From NCBI GenBank assembly GCA_027026755.1, contig JALVNE010000339.1:5553-69552 (forward strand): a DNA stretch of 64,000 nucleotides. The letters are read 5' to 3'. This stretch comes from Sedimenticola sp. GTDB taxonomy: Bacteria > Pseudomonadota > Gammaproteobacteria > Chromatiales > Chromatiaceae. Shown one piece after another: positions 54,698 through 64,000 of the stretch. A model generated the notes under the pieces. It saw only the letters and a list, made by a program, of their open reading frames with translations, ran no database searches and was not told the DNA's origin. The position numbers were made by a program, and so were the translations under genes. Positions within the stretch are counted from its first letter, which is position 1. Each line of letters begins with the position of its first letter.

Positions 54698-57600
54698 TCA
54701 TGGTTGGTTCTTTGCCTGCAACTGTGCGAACACCTCCACCACTGGCCCAAGCAGCGTTTCATCGGGCGTTTCATTCATTTGTTCGACAGCCGCAAGATAG
54801 TGTTTCACTAGCTCAATCATTAGCGGCGCAAGGCCCCCAGGGTAGCGCAGAAAAGCAGAGGTGAGCTTTTCAATCCCTTCCGCAAAACAGTCTTTGGCTG
54901 TTGCCGGTTCATCAGCTTGCAGAAACCGGCCCAGTACCCCCAGGCTTGTCGCCAGGTCCGGCATGAACGCATCGGGGCACTGTTGGACCAGCTCACGACG
55001 GAGATTTACCGCCTCCCGTGCCGCTTCGAGCGCCTTTTCGCGCTGGCCCAGCTCAGAAAGTATGTTGGCCAAGTTATTGAGGCTCATTGCCAGGTCCGGC
55101 ATGAATGCATCGGGGTGTTGTTGAGCCAGCTCACGACGGAGATCCACCGCCTCCTGTGCCGCTTCGAGTGCCTTATTGCGCAGGCCCAGTTCAGAAAGCA
55201 TGATGGCCAGGTTGTTGAGGCTTGTTGCCAAGTCTGGCATGAACGCATCAGGGTGCAGTTGAGCTAGATCACGACGGAGATCCACCGCGTCCTGCGCCGC
55301 TTCGAGTGCTTTTTCGCGCTGGCCCAGCTCAGAAAGCACGGCGGCCAGGTTATTGAGGCTCATTGCCAAGTCCGGCATGAACGCATCAGGGTGCAGTTGA
55401 GCTAGGTCACGACGGAGATTTACTGCCTCCTGTGCCGCTTCGAGTGCCTTTTTGCGCAGGCCCAGTTCAGAAAGCATGATGGCCAGGTTGTTGAGGCTAC
55501 CCGCCAGGTCCGGCATGAAGGCATCGGGGCGCTGTTGAGCCAGCTCACGATAGAGATCCGCTGCCTCCTGTGCCGCTTCGAGCGCCTTTTCGCGCTGGCC
55601 CAGCTCAGAAAGCCTGTTGGCCAGGTTATTGAGGCTCATTGCCAGGTTCGGCGTGAACGCGTCAGGCCGCTGTTGGGCCAGCTCACGATAGAGACCCACC
55701 GCCTCCTGCGCCTCTTCGAGCGCCTTTTCGCGCTGGCCCAACTCAGAAAGTATGTTGGCCAAATTGTTGAGGCTCATTGCCAAGTCCGGTGTGAATACAT
55801 CGGGACGCTGTTGTGCGAGCTCACGACAGAGATCTACCTCTTCCTGCGCCGCTTCGAGTGCCTTTTTGTGCTTGCCAAGTGTAGAAAGGATGGTGGCCAG
55901 ATTGTTAAGGCTTATTGCCAAGTTCGGCGTGAAGGCATCGGGGCGCTGTTGAGCCAGTTCACGATAGAGATCTGTCGCCTCCAGCGCCGCTTCGAGTGCC
56001 TTTTTGTGCTGGCTAAGTGCAGAAAGCATGGTGGCTAGGTTATTGAGGCTACCCGCCAGGTCTGGCGTGAACGCATCGGGGCGCTGTTGAGCCAGCTCAC
56101 GACGGAGATTTACTGCCTCCAGCGCCGCTTCGAGCGCCTTTTTGCGCTGGCCCAGTTCAGAAAGCCTGTTGGCCAGGTTATTGAGGCTCATTGCCAGGTT
56201 CGGCGTGAACGCGTCAGGCCGCTGTTGGGCCAGCTCACGATAGAGACCCACCGCCTCCTGCGCTGCTTCGAATGCCTTTTCATGTTGGCCCAGCGCAGAA
56301 AGCCTGTTGGCCAGATTGTTGCTCAAGCGTCCAACTATATCGACGAAGCCTTCTTTATGGCTTGTGGTGGTTCTTAGCTGCTCAAGAGCATACCGGGTCA
56401 TCTCCGCAGCAAAGTCGGCGAGCCCTACCGACTGCTCCGGGAGTGTATCCAGCAATTGGAGGATGAAATTCAGTTCACCCTTTGCTTTTAGTACCTTCGC
56501 CAGCCGTTGCCCCAGGGTTCTCAGGTGCCCGGTGGCCCGCAAGGGCAGACGGCTCAGGACGGTAAAGCCCTGTTTCAAGGCAGGAGCGGGCACGTCCGTT
56601 GAAAAGGCTGCTTCGGCCAGGGTCTCGGCATCGTTGTTGAGCACTTCCTCCACCAGAGTCTCCCCCAGGCGGTCGGGCCGCAGGGGGGCGATGGCGGTTT
56701 GTCCATCCTCCAGGTCTTGCCCATAGAGGTCGTTTAGCAGCGTATGGAGTGGATACGGATTTTGCTCGTGCAGCGCGGTGCTGGGGCGCCAGAGCCGGGG
56801 CAGGGATTCGACCAGCTCGCGGCTTGCGCCTTGCCACAGGGTGATGGTGGCCATGGCCTGGGCAACGGCCTCGGGATCGACATTGTCACGCCGCCAGTGG
56901 TGTTTTTCGTGTGCCAACAGGCGTTTCAGCAAGGCCTGCTCATCGCCGGCTCCGCTGCCGCCCAGCAAACGTTCCAGGGCCGCCAGGGAGACGAACAACG
57001 GAAGCTTGAAGTGCTCGCCGTCCAGTGCAGGGGGTGAGGACTCGCCGTGGATTTCAATGCCCGGCTGTTGTGACAGCGCGATCTGGAAAGCTTCACGGGC
57101 GCTGGCGTAAAACCTGGCCCGCGCCTCGTTATCCAGGAAGAAAGGCGGCAGCTCCTCCTGGCTGGGTGGGTATTCCTCCAGCAAGTTGGCCCCGTTATTA
57201 TCGAGACGGTTCTGCAGTGAGGCCCACCATTGCCCTTCCATCCGCCGCGTGAGCAGCACGATTCTAATAGGGTGGTCTTGGGGTTCATTGCCTGCTGCAT
57301 TCAACAACTTGTTCAGTTGCTCACCGCGGGTTTCAGCATAGTCCACGACGATGAGTGTCTTTGTCTGGCCATCGAACAGGGTTTCGTAGGCCCGTGCAGG
57401 TGCTTCCACGGCGGCGGCGTCACCGCTCAGGAAGCCCGTTCGCCAGCCATCGGCGCTGAGGCGTTGGCAATGCTCGATCATCCAGCGGGTCTTGCCAGCG
57501 CCGCCTTCGGCTTCGTAGAGGCGCAGGGCAATGTCGTCCTCGCTGTTCAACCAGGTCTGCAGCTCGTCATCTTCCGGGCGGGGAAAGTAAGGGACGATGG

Positions 57601-58222
57601 CCGCCGCGGGGTCGAGCAGCATGGCCTCGGTGGGCCGCCGACGCCAGGGTGGCGCGGGTATATTCAGCAATGCCGCCCAGCCGGCCTGTTCGGCCAGCGC
57701 CTTCAGGGCTGCATCCTGGTTGCGCAACAACGCGAGGGCCGTCTGCTGAAAAGCCACATCCAACGACCGGATTTGGCCGCTGTCGTAGGGCAGGAGCTCG
57801 TAGAGGCGGATCAGGATTTTGTGGGCGGGTTGCTCCGGGGATTGAATTCTGTGGTGGCCGCTCTTTTCTGCGATATAGTTCGCGGCTTCCTTGGCGTCGA
57901 AATCCAGCTTGGCAAAGGTGGCGGCACTGATGGGTACTTTCTTGATGGCCTCCAGAGCCTGGTGAAATTCCTGATTGGCCTCGCTGTCATTTAGTCCCAG
58001 TTCTTCCGCCAGTGCGGGAAGCTTCTTTTGAACGACGCGGATGAAATCCGAATCCTTTTTATTCCAGCGGGCCGTTATCCTGTCCAGCCACTGCTTGGCG
58101 CCTTCAGACCCTGCCGCCAACAGGACGGTGCCCAGCCCGGCGCCGCCGAGGCTCGTACTCAGGCTGACGATGGCCACCTGGGCCAGAAACTTGGCCAATG
58201 CTTTATTGTTTTCTTCGTCCAA
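54698..58222 (-). CDS. STAND-like P-loop NTPase with N-terminal helical domain and C-terminal TPR array
   Basis: AEGGAGKTR Walker A, LIVVDYAE Walker B, about ten 46-aa TPR units; likely TTG start 58222 after AAGGA. Confidence 0.82.
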   Translation of the reverse strand: MDEENNKALAKFLAQVAIVSLSTSLGGAGLGTVLLAAGSEGAKQWLDRITARWNKKDSDFIRVVQKKLPALAEELGLNDSEANQEFHQALEAIKKVPISAATFAKLDFDAKEAANYIAEKSGHHRIQSPEQPAHKILIRLYELLPYDSGQIRSLDVAFQQTALALLRNQDAALKALAEQAGWAALLNIPAPPWRRRPTEAMLLDPAAAIVPYFPRPEDDELQTWLNSEDDIALRLYEAEGGAGKTRWMIEHCQRLSADGWRTGFLSGDAAAVEAPARAYETLFDGQTKTLIVVDYAETRGEQLNKLLNAAGNEPQDHPIRIVLLTRRMEGQWWASLQNRLDNNGANLLEEYPPSQEELPPFFLDNEARARFYASAREAFQIALSQQPGIEIHGESSPPALDGEHFKLPLFVSLAALERLLGGSGAGDEQALLKRLLAHEKHHWRRDNVDPEAVAQAMATITLWQGASRELVESLPRLWRPSTALHEQNPYPLHTLLNDLYGQDLEDGQTAIAPLRPDRLGETLVEEVLNNDAETLAEAAFSTDVPAPALKQGFTVLSRLPLRATGHLRTLGQRLAKVLKAKGELNFILQLLDTLPEQSVGLADFAAEMTRYALEQLRTTTSHKEGFVDIVGRLSNNLANRLSALGQHEKAFEAAQEAVGLYRELAQQRPDAFTPNLAMSLNNLANRLSELGQRKKALEAALEAVNLRRELAQQRPDAFTPDLAGSLNNLATMLSALSQHKKALEAALEATDLYRELAQQRPDAFTPNLAISLNNLATILSTLGKHKKALEAAQEEVDLCRELAQQRPDVFTPDLAMSLNNLANILSELGQREKALEEAQEAVGLYRELAQQRPDAFTPNLAMSLNNLANRLSELGQREKALEAAQEAADLYRELAQQRPDAFMPDLAGSLNNLAIMLSELGLRKKALEAAQEAVNLRRDLAQLHPDAFMPDLAMSLNNLAAVLSELGQREKALEAAQDAVDLRRDLAQLHPDAFMPDLATSLNNLAIMLSELGLRNKALEAAQEAVDLRRELAQQHPDAFMPDLAMSLNNLANILSELGQREKALEAAREAVNLRRELVQQCPDAFMPDLATSLGVLGRFLQADEPATAKDCFAEGIEKLTSAFLRYPGGLAPLMIELVKHYLAAVEQMNETPDETLLGPVVEVFAQLQAKNQP
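54950..56330 (-). repeat. Intragenic 138-bp tandem repeat (about 10 units) encoding TPRs
   Basis: PDAFxPxLAxSLNNLAxxLSELG unit; ~100 bp identical at 55609 and 56161 (552 = 4x138 apart). Confidence 0.9.
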
Positions 58223-58267
58223 AATGATTTTCCTTAAATCTGGAAATGCCTCTCTCCCCGAAGTCAG

Positions 58268-58346
58268 GTAGGTTGGGCAAAGCGCAGCGTGCCCAACAAA
58301 TGGCGAAAAGTTGGGCACGTCGCTACCGCTCCTTTGCCCAACCTAC
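58268..58346. repeat. REPIN of a second GTAG REP family
   Basis: gtaggttgggcaaag..gtgcccaac ... gttgggcac..ctttgcccaacctac. Confidence 0.85.
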
Positions 58347-58361
58347 GGTTTCTCCCACCAA

Positions 58362-59462
58362 TCAAAACCGCCCGATATCGAAGGCCCCGATCGGCAGCTC
58401 CGAGCGCCCGTCCAGGATCAATTGGGAGATGATCCGGCCAATCACCGGCGAGAGCTGGAAGCCGTGCGCGGAGAAACCGAAGGCGTGATAGACATCGCTT
58501 GCGACCCCGCTCTTGCCGATCACCGGCAGGTTGTCGGGCATGAAGGCTTCGATGCCGGCCCAGGCGCGCACGATGCGGACGTTCTTCAACTGCGGGAAGA
58601 GCGTCATCACGGTGCGCGCACTGACCGCCAGTTTGGGCCAGTTCAGTATTGTTTTCTGGTGGGTGAAATCGAGTTCGGCCAGGTGCGCGCCGCCGATCAA
58701 GAGGGTGCCGTTTTGCATTTGCTTGAACGAGAGCTTGCGGCTGGCGGCACCAATCACCGGGTCGATGAAGTGCGGCAGCCGCTCGGTGATCATCAGCATC
58801 GGCGCGCCAGGTTTCAGCGGTACCGGTTCCCCCAGAGTAGAGCAGACATGCCCCGCCCAGGCGCCGGCGCAGTTGACCAGCACCGGGGCCTGGAATTCAC
58901 CGGCCGGGGTATTCAGGAGCCATTCGTTGCCGTTGCGCTCGATGGCATCCACGCGCGTGGATGCGCGGTATTCGACGCCGAGTGACAGAGCCTTGCGCCG
59001 GAAGGCGTCCAGCGCGTGGAAGGGCCGCGCGTAGCCGTCGCCCCGGCAGATCAGGCCGCCCTGGCAGTGGGGCGACAATGCGGGCGCCAGCTGGTACAGC
59101 TCATCCCTGCCAATCATTTCTTCATGGTCGAAGCCGAGGTCACGCACCATGGCCGCGCGTTGTTCCAGCAAGGCCAGGTCTTCGGCATTCTCGGCCACCC
59201 TGATCTGGCCGGGGAAACGGGCATCGCAATCGGAATCGACCAGGGATTTGATGTTCTGCCACATCTGCGCCGCGGCAACGGACAAGGGGATCTCGGCCGG
59301 ATGACGGTTGAGCCGGCGCAGGCCGCCGGCATTGACACCGGAGGCATGGCGGCCCGGGTGGTCCTTCTCCAGCACCATGCAGCGCATACCGCGCAGCGCC
59401 AGTTGCAAGGCCGTGGAAAAGCCCATCAGACCGCCGCCGATGATCAGTACCTCGGTCTTCAT
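58362..59462 (-). CDS. FAD-dependent D-amino acid/opine oxidase beta-type subunit (OoxB/HcnC-like)
   Basis: IIGGGLMG, ASGVNAGG, GFSAHGFQLSP; ATG 59462. Confidence 0.85.
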   Translation of the reverse strand: MKTEVLIIGGGLMGFSTALQLALRGMRCMVLEKDHPGRHASGVNAGGLRRLNRHPAEIPLSVAAAQMWQNIKSLVDSDCDARFPGQIRVAENAEDLALLEQRAAMVRDLGFDHEEMIGRDELYQLAPALSPHCQGGLICRGDGYARPFHALDAFRRKALSLGVEYRASTRVDAIERNGNEWLLNTPAGEFQAPVLVNCAGAWAGHVCSTLGEPVPLKPGAPMLMITERLPHFIDPVIGAASRKLSFKQMQNGTLLIGGAHLAELDFTHQKTILNWPKLAVSARTVMTLFPQLKNVRIVRAWAGIEAFMPDNLPVIGKSGVASDVYHAFGFSAHGFQLSPVIGRIISQLILDGRSELPIGAFDIGRF

Positions 59463-60853
59463 TCCGTCTCCTCCGGATACAGCTTGGCGAGCTGGCCCAG
59501 GGTCAGTGGCGCCACCGGCGGGCGGGTACGGTAGTGGCCGCCTTTGGCGACGGCTTTTCCGCCAGCGGCGGCGACGATATGGGCGACGGCGAGATCGCAT
59601 TGCCGGCCCTGGCAGGGGCCCATGCCGCAGCGGGTCAGGAACTTGACCTGGTTGCTGTCGCCGAGGCCGTCGGCAACGGCCTGGCGGATCTGCCCGGCGG
59701 TGATCTCCTCGCAGCGGCAGACGATGGTGTCATCGTTTGGCACGGCAAGCAGCTTGGATGGAATATGAAAGAAGCCTTGCAGGAAAGGGCGGATGTGTTG
59801 TTCACCGCGCATCCAGCGGCGATCGTCGCGACTCAGGCGGTTACGCTCGCGCCGGTCGATCCGCCCCAGGGCATGCAGGGCCTGCCAGGCGGCCAGGCGG
59901 CCAGCGTGCTCGGCGGTGCGCGCGCCACCAATGCCGGCGCTGTCACCCGCGATCAAAATGCCGTCGATGCTGCTGTTGCCCCAGTCGTCGAGCCGTGGCC
60001 GCCAGCATTGCTGGCCAGCATCCCAGTCATGCACGCAACCGGCGGCGCGCGCCAGCTGGCTGTGGGGGATGACGCCGAAATGGATCAGCAGCAATGAGGT
60101 TTCGATGCGCTGTCGTTTGCCTTTGTGAAGAAAACCCACGGCCTCGATATGATCCGTACCCTCGGCTTCGAGATCGCTGACATTGTGCAGGGTATGGATG
60201 CCAGCCAGCTCCAGATCCTTCTTGTACTTCAGTCCCTTGCTCAGGTAATGCCGGGCCAGCAAGGCGCGCGGCAGGTAGGGCAGGGCGCGCAGGTGGTTGT
60301 GCATTGGCGTGAGATCGAGAATCGCCTCGATGCCGACGCCGGCATGCAGGTATTGCCAGGCTAGCAGCAACAGCAGGGGCCCGGAACCGGCCAGCACCAT
60401 ACCATCGGAGGGGATGATGCCATGGGCCTTGAACAGGATCTGGCCGGCGCCAGCGTTCATCACGCCCGGCAGGGTCCAGCCCGGGAAGGGCACAGGCCGC
60501 TCCATGGCGCCGGTGGCCAGCAATATCTGGTCGGCGGTGATGACCTGGGGCGCGCCATCGCGCAGCAGGCCGATCTCGCGTTTTTGGTTCAGGGACCAGA
60601 CCCGGGTGGAAGGGATATAATCCACGCGGGCATCACGCAGGGCACTGACCAGTTGGCGGCCACGCTGGTATTCCTCGCCGAGCATCTCGGCGCGTTGCGG
60701 TGGAATCGACTCCATGGCGCGGTAGATCTGGCCGCCCGGCGCCTCCTGCTCGTCCAGCAGCGTGACCTCGATGCCGTGTTGCGCGGCGACCACGGCAGCG
60801 GCCAGCCCGGCCGGCCCGGCGCCGATGATGACCAGGGGGTAATGGGCTTTCAC
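59459..60853 (-). CDS. FAD/NAD oxidoreductase alpha-type subunit with BFD-like Fe-S domain (OoxA/HcnB-like)
   Basis: GAGPAGL, ATGAMERP..FPGWTLPG, VCRCEE, RCGMGPCQGRQC; GTG 60853. Confidence 0.85.
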   Translation of the reverse strand: MKAHYPLVIIGAGPAGLAAAVVAAQHGIEVTLLDEQEAPGGQIYRAMESIPPQRAEMLGEEYQRGRQLVSALRDARVDYIPSTRVWSLNQKREIGLLRDGAPQVITADQILLATGAMERPVPFPGWTLPGVMNAGAGQILFKAHGIIPSDGMVLAGSGPLLLLLAWQYLHAGVGIEAILDLTPMHNHLRALPYLPRALLARHYLSKGLKYKKDLELAGIHTLHNVSDLEAEGTDHIEAVGFLHKGKRQRIETSLLLIHFGVIPHSQLARAAGCVHDWDAGQQCWRPRLDDWGNSSIDGILIAGDSAGIGGARTAEHAGRLAAWQALHALGRIDRRERNRLSRDDRRWMRGEQHIRPFLQGFFHIPSKLLAVPNDDTIVCRCEEITAGQIRQAVADGLGDSNQVKFLTRCGMGPCQGRQCDLAVAHIVAAAGGKAVAKGGHYRTRPPVAPLTLGQLAKLYPEETE

Positions 60854-61146
60854 GATGGCAGTTTCCCAACGCCTTGCTGGAGTTCGATCTGCATGCCTTC
60901 GTGAACCCGCTCCTGACAGGCGCGGCGGTTGGGCTGGCCGTCGATGACCATCAGGCATTCATAACAGACGCCCATCAGACACAGGGGCGCACGCGCCGCG
61001 CCGGAAATGGGTGTGGTGCGGGTATGACGGATGCCTGACGCGAGCACCGCGGCAGCGGCGCTCTCGCCGGCGGGCACTTGGTAGGGGCGACCGTCGATGA
61101 TGACCGTTACAGTTTGTTGCGGGGTTTCTTCAAGGCGTTTGAACAT
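60850..61146 (-). CDS. 2Fe-2S subunit (HcnA-like)
   Basis: CLMGVCYECL...RAC. Confidence 0.85.
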   Translation of the reverse strand: MFKRLEETPQQTVTVIIDGRPYQVPAGESAAAAVLASGIRHTRTTPISGAARAPLCLMGVCYECLMVIDGQPNRRACQERVHEGMQIELQQGVGKLPS

Positions 61147-61218
61147 GACCCTGTCTTTGAGGCCGCTGAAAGGGGATGGAAACGGCTAGGCGTAGCAAAG
61201 CATGACATATGCTGGCAA

Positions 61219-62277
61219 TTACAACCTCACCTGTCGCAGGATATCCTCATGTTCGAAGATCATGCATTGCTGCAGGTCAAGCTTGCGTCCACTTCCGGCG
61301 GAAGTCGCGCGCTGGTACATGGCCAGGCCGATGGCGACGTCGATGTAGGCCAGGCCAACGGCATTGAAATAGATGCGCTCATCGTCGGATTCGCGGCCCG
61401 GCTTGTGACCCGAGACCAGTTCATGCAGGTCGGCATGGATGTCGGCGCCCGACAGCAGGCCCTCGGAATACATGCGGCTCAGGGTCTGGGTGCGATGCGT
61501 CACCGTGTCCCAGTCGTCGCAGACGATCTTGTCGCACTGCAGGGCGACCTCGTATTCATCCTCCCAGCCGCCGATATGGCTGTAGAACGCGCCCGGTTTC
61601 ATCCATGCCGCCTTCAACAGCGGCGCCTGGGCGCTGGTCGCGGTAACCAGGATATCGGCTCCATCCATGGCGGCGCGGCCATGGGTATTGGCGGCGACGA
61701 ATGTCATGTCTGGAAACAGCGGGGATAACTCGTCGATGAACTTGCGCTCTTCCTCGGCGGTTTTCGCCGCCACCCGGCATTCCTTCAGACTGGGTCGGAC
61801 GACCTTCATCGACAACAGGTGCATCTTGGCCTGTTCACCGGCGCCGATGAAGCCGATCACCTCGCTGTCTTTGCGTGACAGATGCCTGGCGGCGATGCCA
61901 CCCATCGCGGCCACGCGCATGTTGGAGGCCAGCGTGCCTTCCATGACCGCGATGGGAAATCCTTTTTCGATCTCCGACAGCACGAAGATGGCCGACAGGT
62001 TCTGCACGCCGTACTTTACCGGATTGCGCGGAAAGACAGAAACCCACTTGACACCACAAACCTTCTCGTCGAGCAGGGTCGCCGGCAGGCAGTTGATGCG
62101 TTCCTGTGAGGCCTGGTCGAAGATCTGCACGATCTTCTCTGGAAACAGGATGCGCTGCTGCTCGAAAGCCAGCAGGGTTTTTTCGGCCACCTCCATGGCC
62201 ATGCGGATATCGAAACAGCCTGATTCGAGCAGGTCTTCCTGGGACAGGTAGGTGAAGCTGATCTTGTGGTCGGTCAT
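61219..62277 (-). CDS. Ornithine cyclodeaminase/mu-crystallin family protein
   Basis: GVKWVSVFP.N, IGAGEQA, VTATSA, NAVGLAYID. Confidence 0.85.
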   Translation of the reverse strand: MTDHKISFTYLSQEDLLESGCFDIRMAMEVAEKTLLAFEQQRILFPEKIVQIFDQASQERINCLPATLLDEKVCGVKWVSVFPRNPVKYGVQNLSAIFVLSEIEKGFPIAVMEGTLASNMRVAAMGGIAARHLSRKDSEVIGFIGAGEQAKMHLLSMKVVRPSLKECRVAAKTAEEERKFIDELSPLFPDMTFVAANTHGRAAMDGADILVTATSAQAPLLKAAWMKPGAFYSHIGGWEDEYEVALQCDKIVCDDWDTVTHRTQTLSRMYSEGLLSGADIHADLHELVSGHKPGRESDDERIYFNAVGLAYIDVAIGLAMYQRATSAGSGRKLDLQQCMIFEHEDILRQVRL

Positions 62278-62311
62278 GGGGGAACTCACTGGGTTGTTAT
62301 TGAATGTTTCA

Positions 62312-62378
62312 GGGGCGGAGTCAAATCATCCTGTTTTGTTGATATTGCACAACATCATCTTGATTCGAGGCCGCCCCC
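62312..62378. repeat. ~68-bp inverted-repeat element, degenerate copy 3
   Basis: ggggcggagtcaaatca...tgattcgaggccgcccc. Confidence 0.65.
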
Positions 62379-62393
62379 TTGCGCGGCCAGCCA

Positions 62394-64000
62394 TCAGGGC
62401 CGGTCACCAAGACGTGGATCGTAGCGGCGTATCTCTATGTGCCCGCGTGGGTCGGAGGTGGTGGCCTGCAACAGAAGTTCACAGCCGCGCGGCACCTCCA
62501 GCCGGGTGCGAAGCATCGGCTGCTTCGTATCCAGCTCATAGCGGCGGCTGTGCCGGTTCTCACGCCGCTCGGGATCCCAGGCAGTGACCTGCAGCAGGCC
62601 ACGTTCGCTGCCTTCCAGGCTCACCACCACGGGCACCTCCAGATCCCGCGCCACTGGTCGGCTGCGGCAGGCGGCGACCTGGCGCTCGTTGCGTCCGTAG
62701 TGGCTGACATCGCCCGAGCCGAGCTGCACCAGCAGGCCTAGGGAAGCCGTGTCCTGTTGCGGTTCCTCTTTCAGGGGAATCCAGACATGGCGGAACTGCT
62801 CGTAACCCAGAATGGGGCGCCGTGCCCGGTACCTGTCCTCGAAATCCACGATATGGCAATGCGGGGTGCCGCCAAACTCCGGGCCGCGCAGGCCGCGTCC
62901 CACCATTTGCTCGTACAGCACCTGGCTGATGGTGGGGCGGGCCATGACCACGTGGCTCACCGTGGGGGCGTCGAAGCCGGTGGTGAGGACCTCGCAGTTG
63001 CACAGCACATCCAGGCGGCCGGTCTTGAAGTCCGCGATCATGGCGCGCCGGGTGGCGGTGCGGGTGGTGCCACTGACGGCGGCAGCCCGCTTGCCCTTGT
63101 AGCGCAGCATGAAGGCCACCAGCTCTGCGTCCAGCACGCTGGGGCCGAAATACAGTACCCGCGCCATGGGTTCTTCATCGAGGATGCGCAGCAGTTCCTG
63201 AAGTACGATGCGGCGGCGCCGGGTCTGGTCGGCCTGCTGTTGCAGTTCCTGATCGAAGTTGAATTGCTGCTGCATCTCGCCTTCGGACGGCGGTTCGCCC
63301 ACCTTCAGGGTGATGCCCGTGGGCACGGTGCGGGAGATGGGCACTGAGAGCACGCCCATTTCCTGCAGTTTTTTCAGTCGTTCAGCGGCATCCTGTCCCA
63401 GGGATTCGGCGACGATGAGGCGTTGAAACAGGGCCTGCAGGGCCTCGGTGCCGGCTTGGGGATTACGCGGATCGAACTCGCGCCGGTAGGGCGTGGCGGT
63501 AAGGCCGATGATGGCGGATTGTTCGCCGTGGCGCTCGATGATGCTACGGTAAGTAGGCGCTGCGGCGCGGTGCGCTTCGTCGATGACGATGGCCGCCGGA
63601 TCCGGCCAGTCTTCCTGCGATTCGCCGACGAAGCTCTGGGGCGTGGAAACCAGCACCAGCACGGGCGCTTCCGTTTCCAGGCGGTCGGCAAGTTCCTGAC
63701 GGTCCAGGCTCTGCCGGTAGCTCCCCCAGAATCGCGCCAGCAGCAAGGGCTGATTGCCTGCGGGATGGGAGCGCCACACATCCTCGAAAGAGGCCACAGC
63801 CTGTTCGCATAGCTCCTCGGTGTGCGCCAGCCACACCAGAACCATCTGGCGACGCCCGCCCTCGTCGAGCTGGCGGTGCGCCCACTGGTGCAGGCCCTCT
63901 ACCGCCACCCGGGTCTTGCCCGCGCCCGTGGGCAGGGAAACCATGGCGCGATTCTCCGGCGCCGGGGTATCCAGGGTGGCCAGAAGCTGGTCACGTACTT
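62394..64000 (-). CDS. SF2 DEAH-box helicase (5' end probably outside the window)
   Basis: LPTGAGKT, DEAH, GLTATP, LTTGFDAP, QMVGRGLR; frame stays open to the window edge. Confidence 0.85.
   Translation of the reverse strand, partial: VRDQLLATLDTPAPENRAMVSLPTGAGKTRVAVEGLHQWAHRQLDEGGRRQMVLVWLAHTEELCEQAVASFEDVWRSHPAGNQPLLLARFWGSYRQSLDRQELADRLETEAPVLVLVSTPQSFVGESQEDWPDPAAIVIDEAHRAAAPTYRSIIERHGEQSAIIGLTATPYRREFDPRNPQAGTEALQALFQRLIVAESLGQDAAERLKKLQEMGVLSVPISRTVPTGITLKVGEPPSEGEMQQQFNFDQELQQQADQTRRRRIVLQELLRILDEEPMARVLYFGPSVLDAELVAFMLRYKGKRAAAVSGTTRTATRRAMIADFKTGRLDVLCNCEVLTTGFDAPTVSHVVMARPTISQVLYEQMVGRGLRGPEFGGTPHCHIVDFEDRYRARRPILGYEQFRHVWIPLKEEPQQDTASLGLLVQLGSGDVSHYGRNERQVAACRSRPVARDLEVPVVVSLEGSERGLLQVTAWDPERRENRHSRRYELDTKQPMLRTRLEVPRGCELLLQATTSDPRGHIEIRRYDPRLGDRP

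Noticed and set aside
54950-56330. Regular repeats as a possible CRISPR array
   Set aside because: 138-bp in-frame coding units with no unique spacers; no cas genes
58223-58318. N-terminal extension of the 1206-aa ORF
   Set aside because: It runs through a REPIN; a TTG with an AAGGA RBS at 58222 is the more plausible start
58362-61146. Naming the trio hcnABC
   Set aside because: The family includes opine and hydroxyproline dehydrogenases, and the adjacent OCD-like gene argues against a confident HCN synthase call

Overview
GC-rich gammaproteobacterial chromosome segment. Gene content suggests a Chromatiales/Thiolapillus-like sulfur oxidiser (inference). The backbone is mostly housekeeping: end of the spc and alpha ribosomal operons (rpmD to rplQ), glnLG, pyrD, trmL, gpsA-secB, gpmI-envC-ctpA, ubiEJB, hslVU, lptM-lysA-dapF-xerC, znuACB, dsbA, ssb and uvrA. 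Accessory inserts break this backbone: (1) a coupled three-gene cassette (small YIDPGTGS membrane peptide, NoeA-like kinase-methyltransferase, and a membrane LtaS/sulfatase-fold enzyme with three Cys-bearing SLH domains), my best candidate for an undescribed envelope-modification system; (2) a secreted PQQ-type dehydrogenase ending in IFADGFE coupled to an IPTL-CTERM-anchored multiheme cytochrome; (3) a bacterial VTC2/GDPGP1-like nucleotide-sugar phosphorylase inside the znu-yidD operon; (4) toxin-antitoxin remnants with integron-cassette-like ends; (5) an NLR-like NTPase-TPR protein with 138-bp tandem repeats, an opine/imino-acid oxidase cluster and a partial SF2 helicase. Several small palindromic repeat families are present. 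I saw no rRNA, tRNA or CRISPR array. All family calls come from motif recognition by eye; no searches were run.
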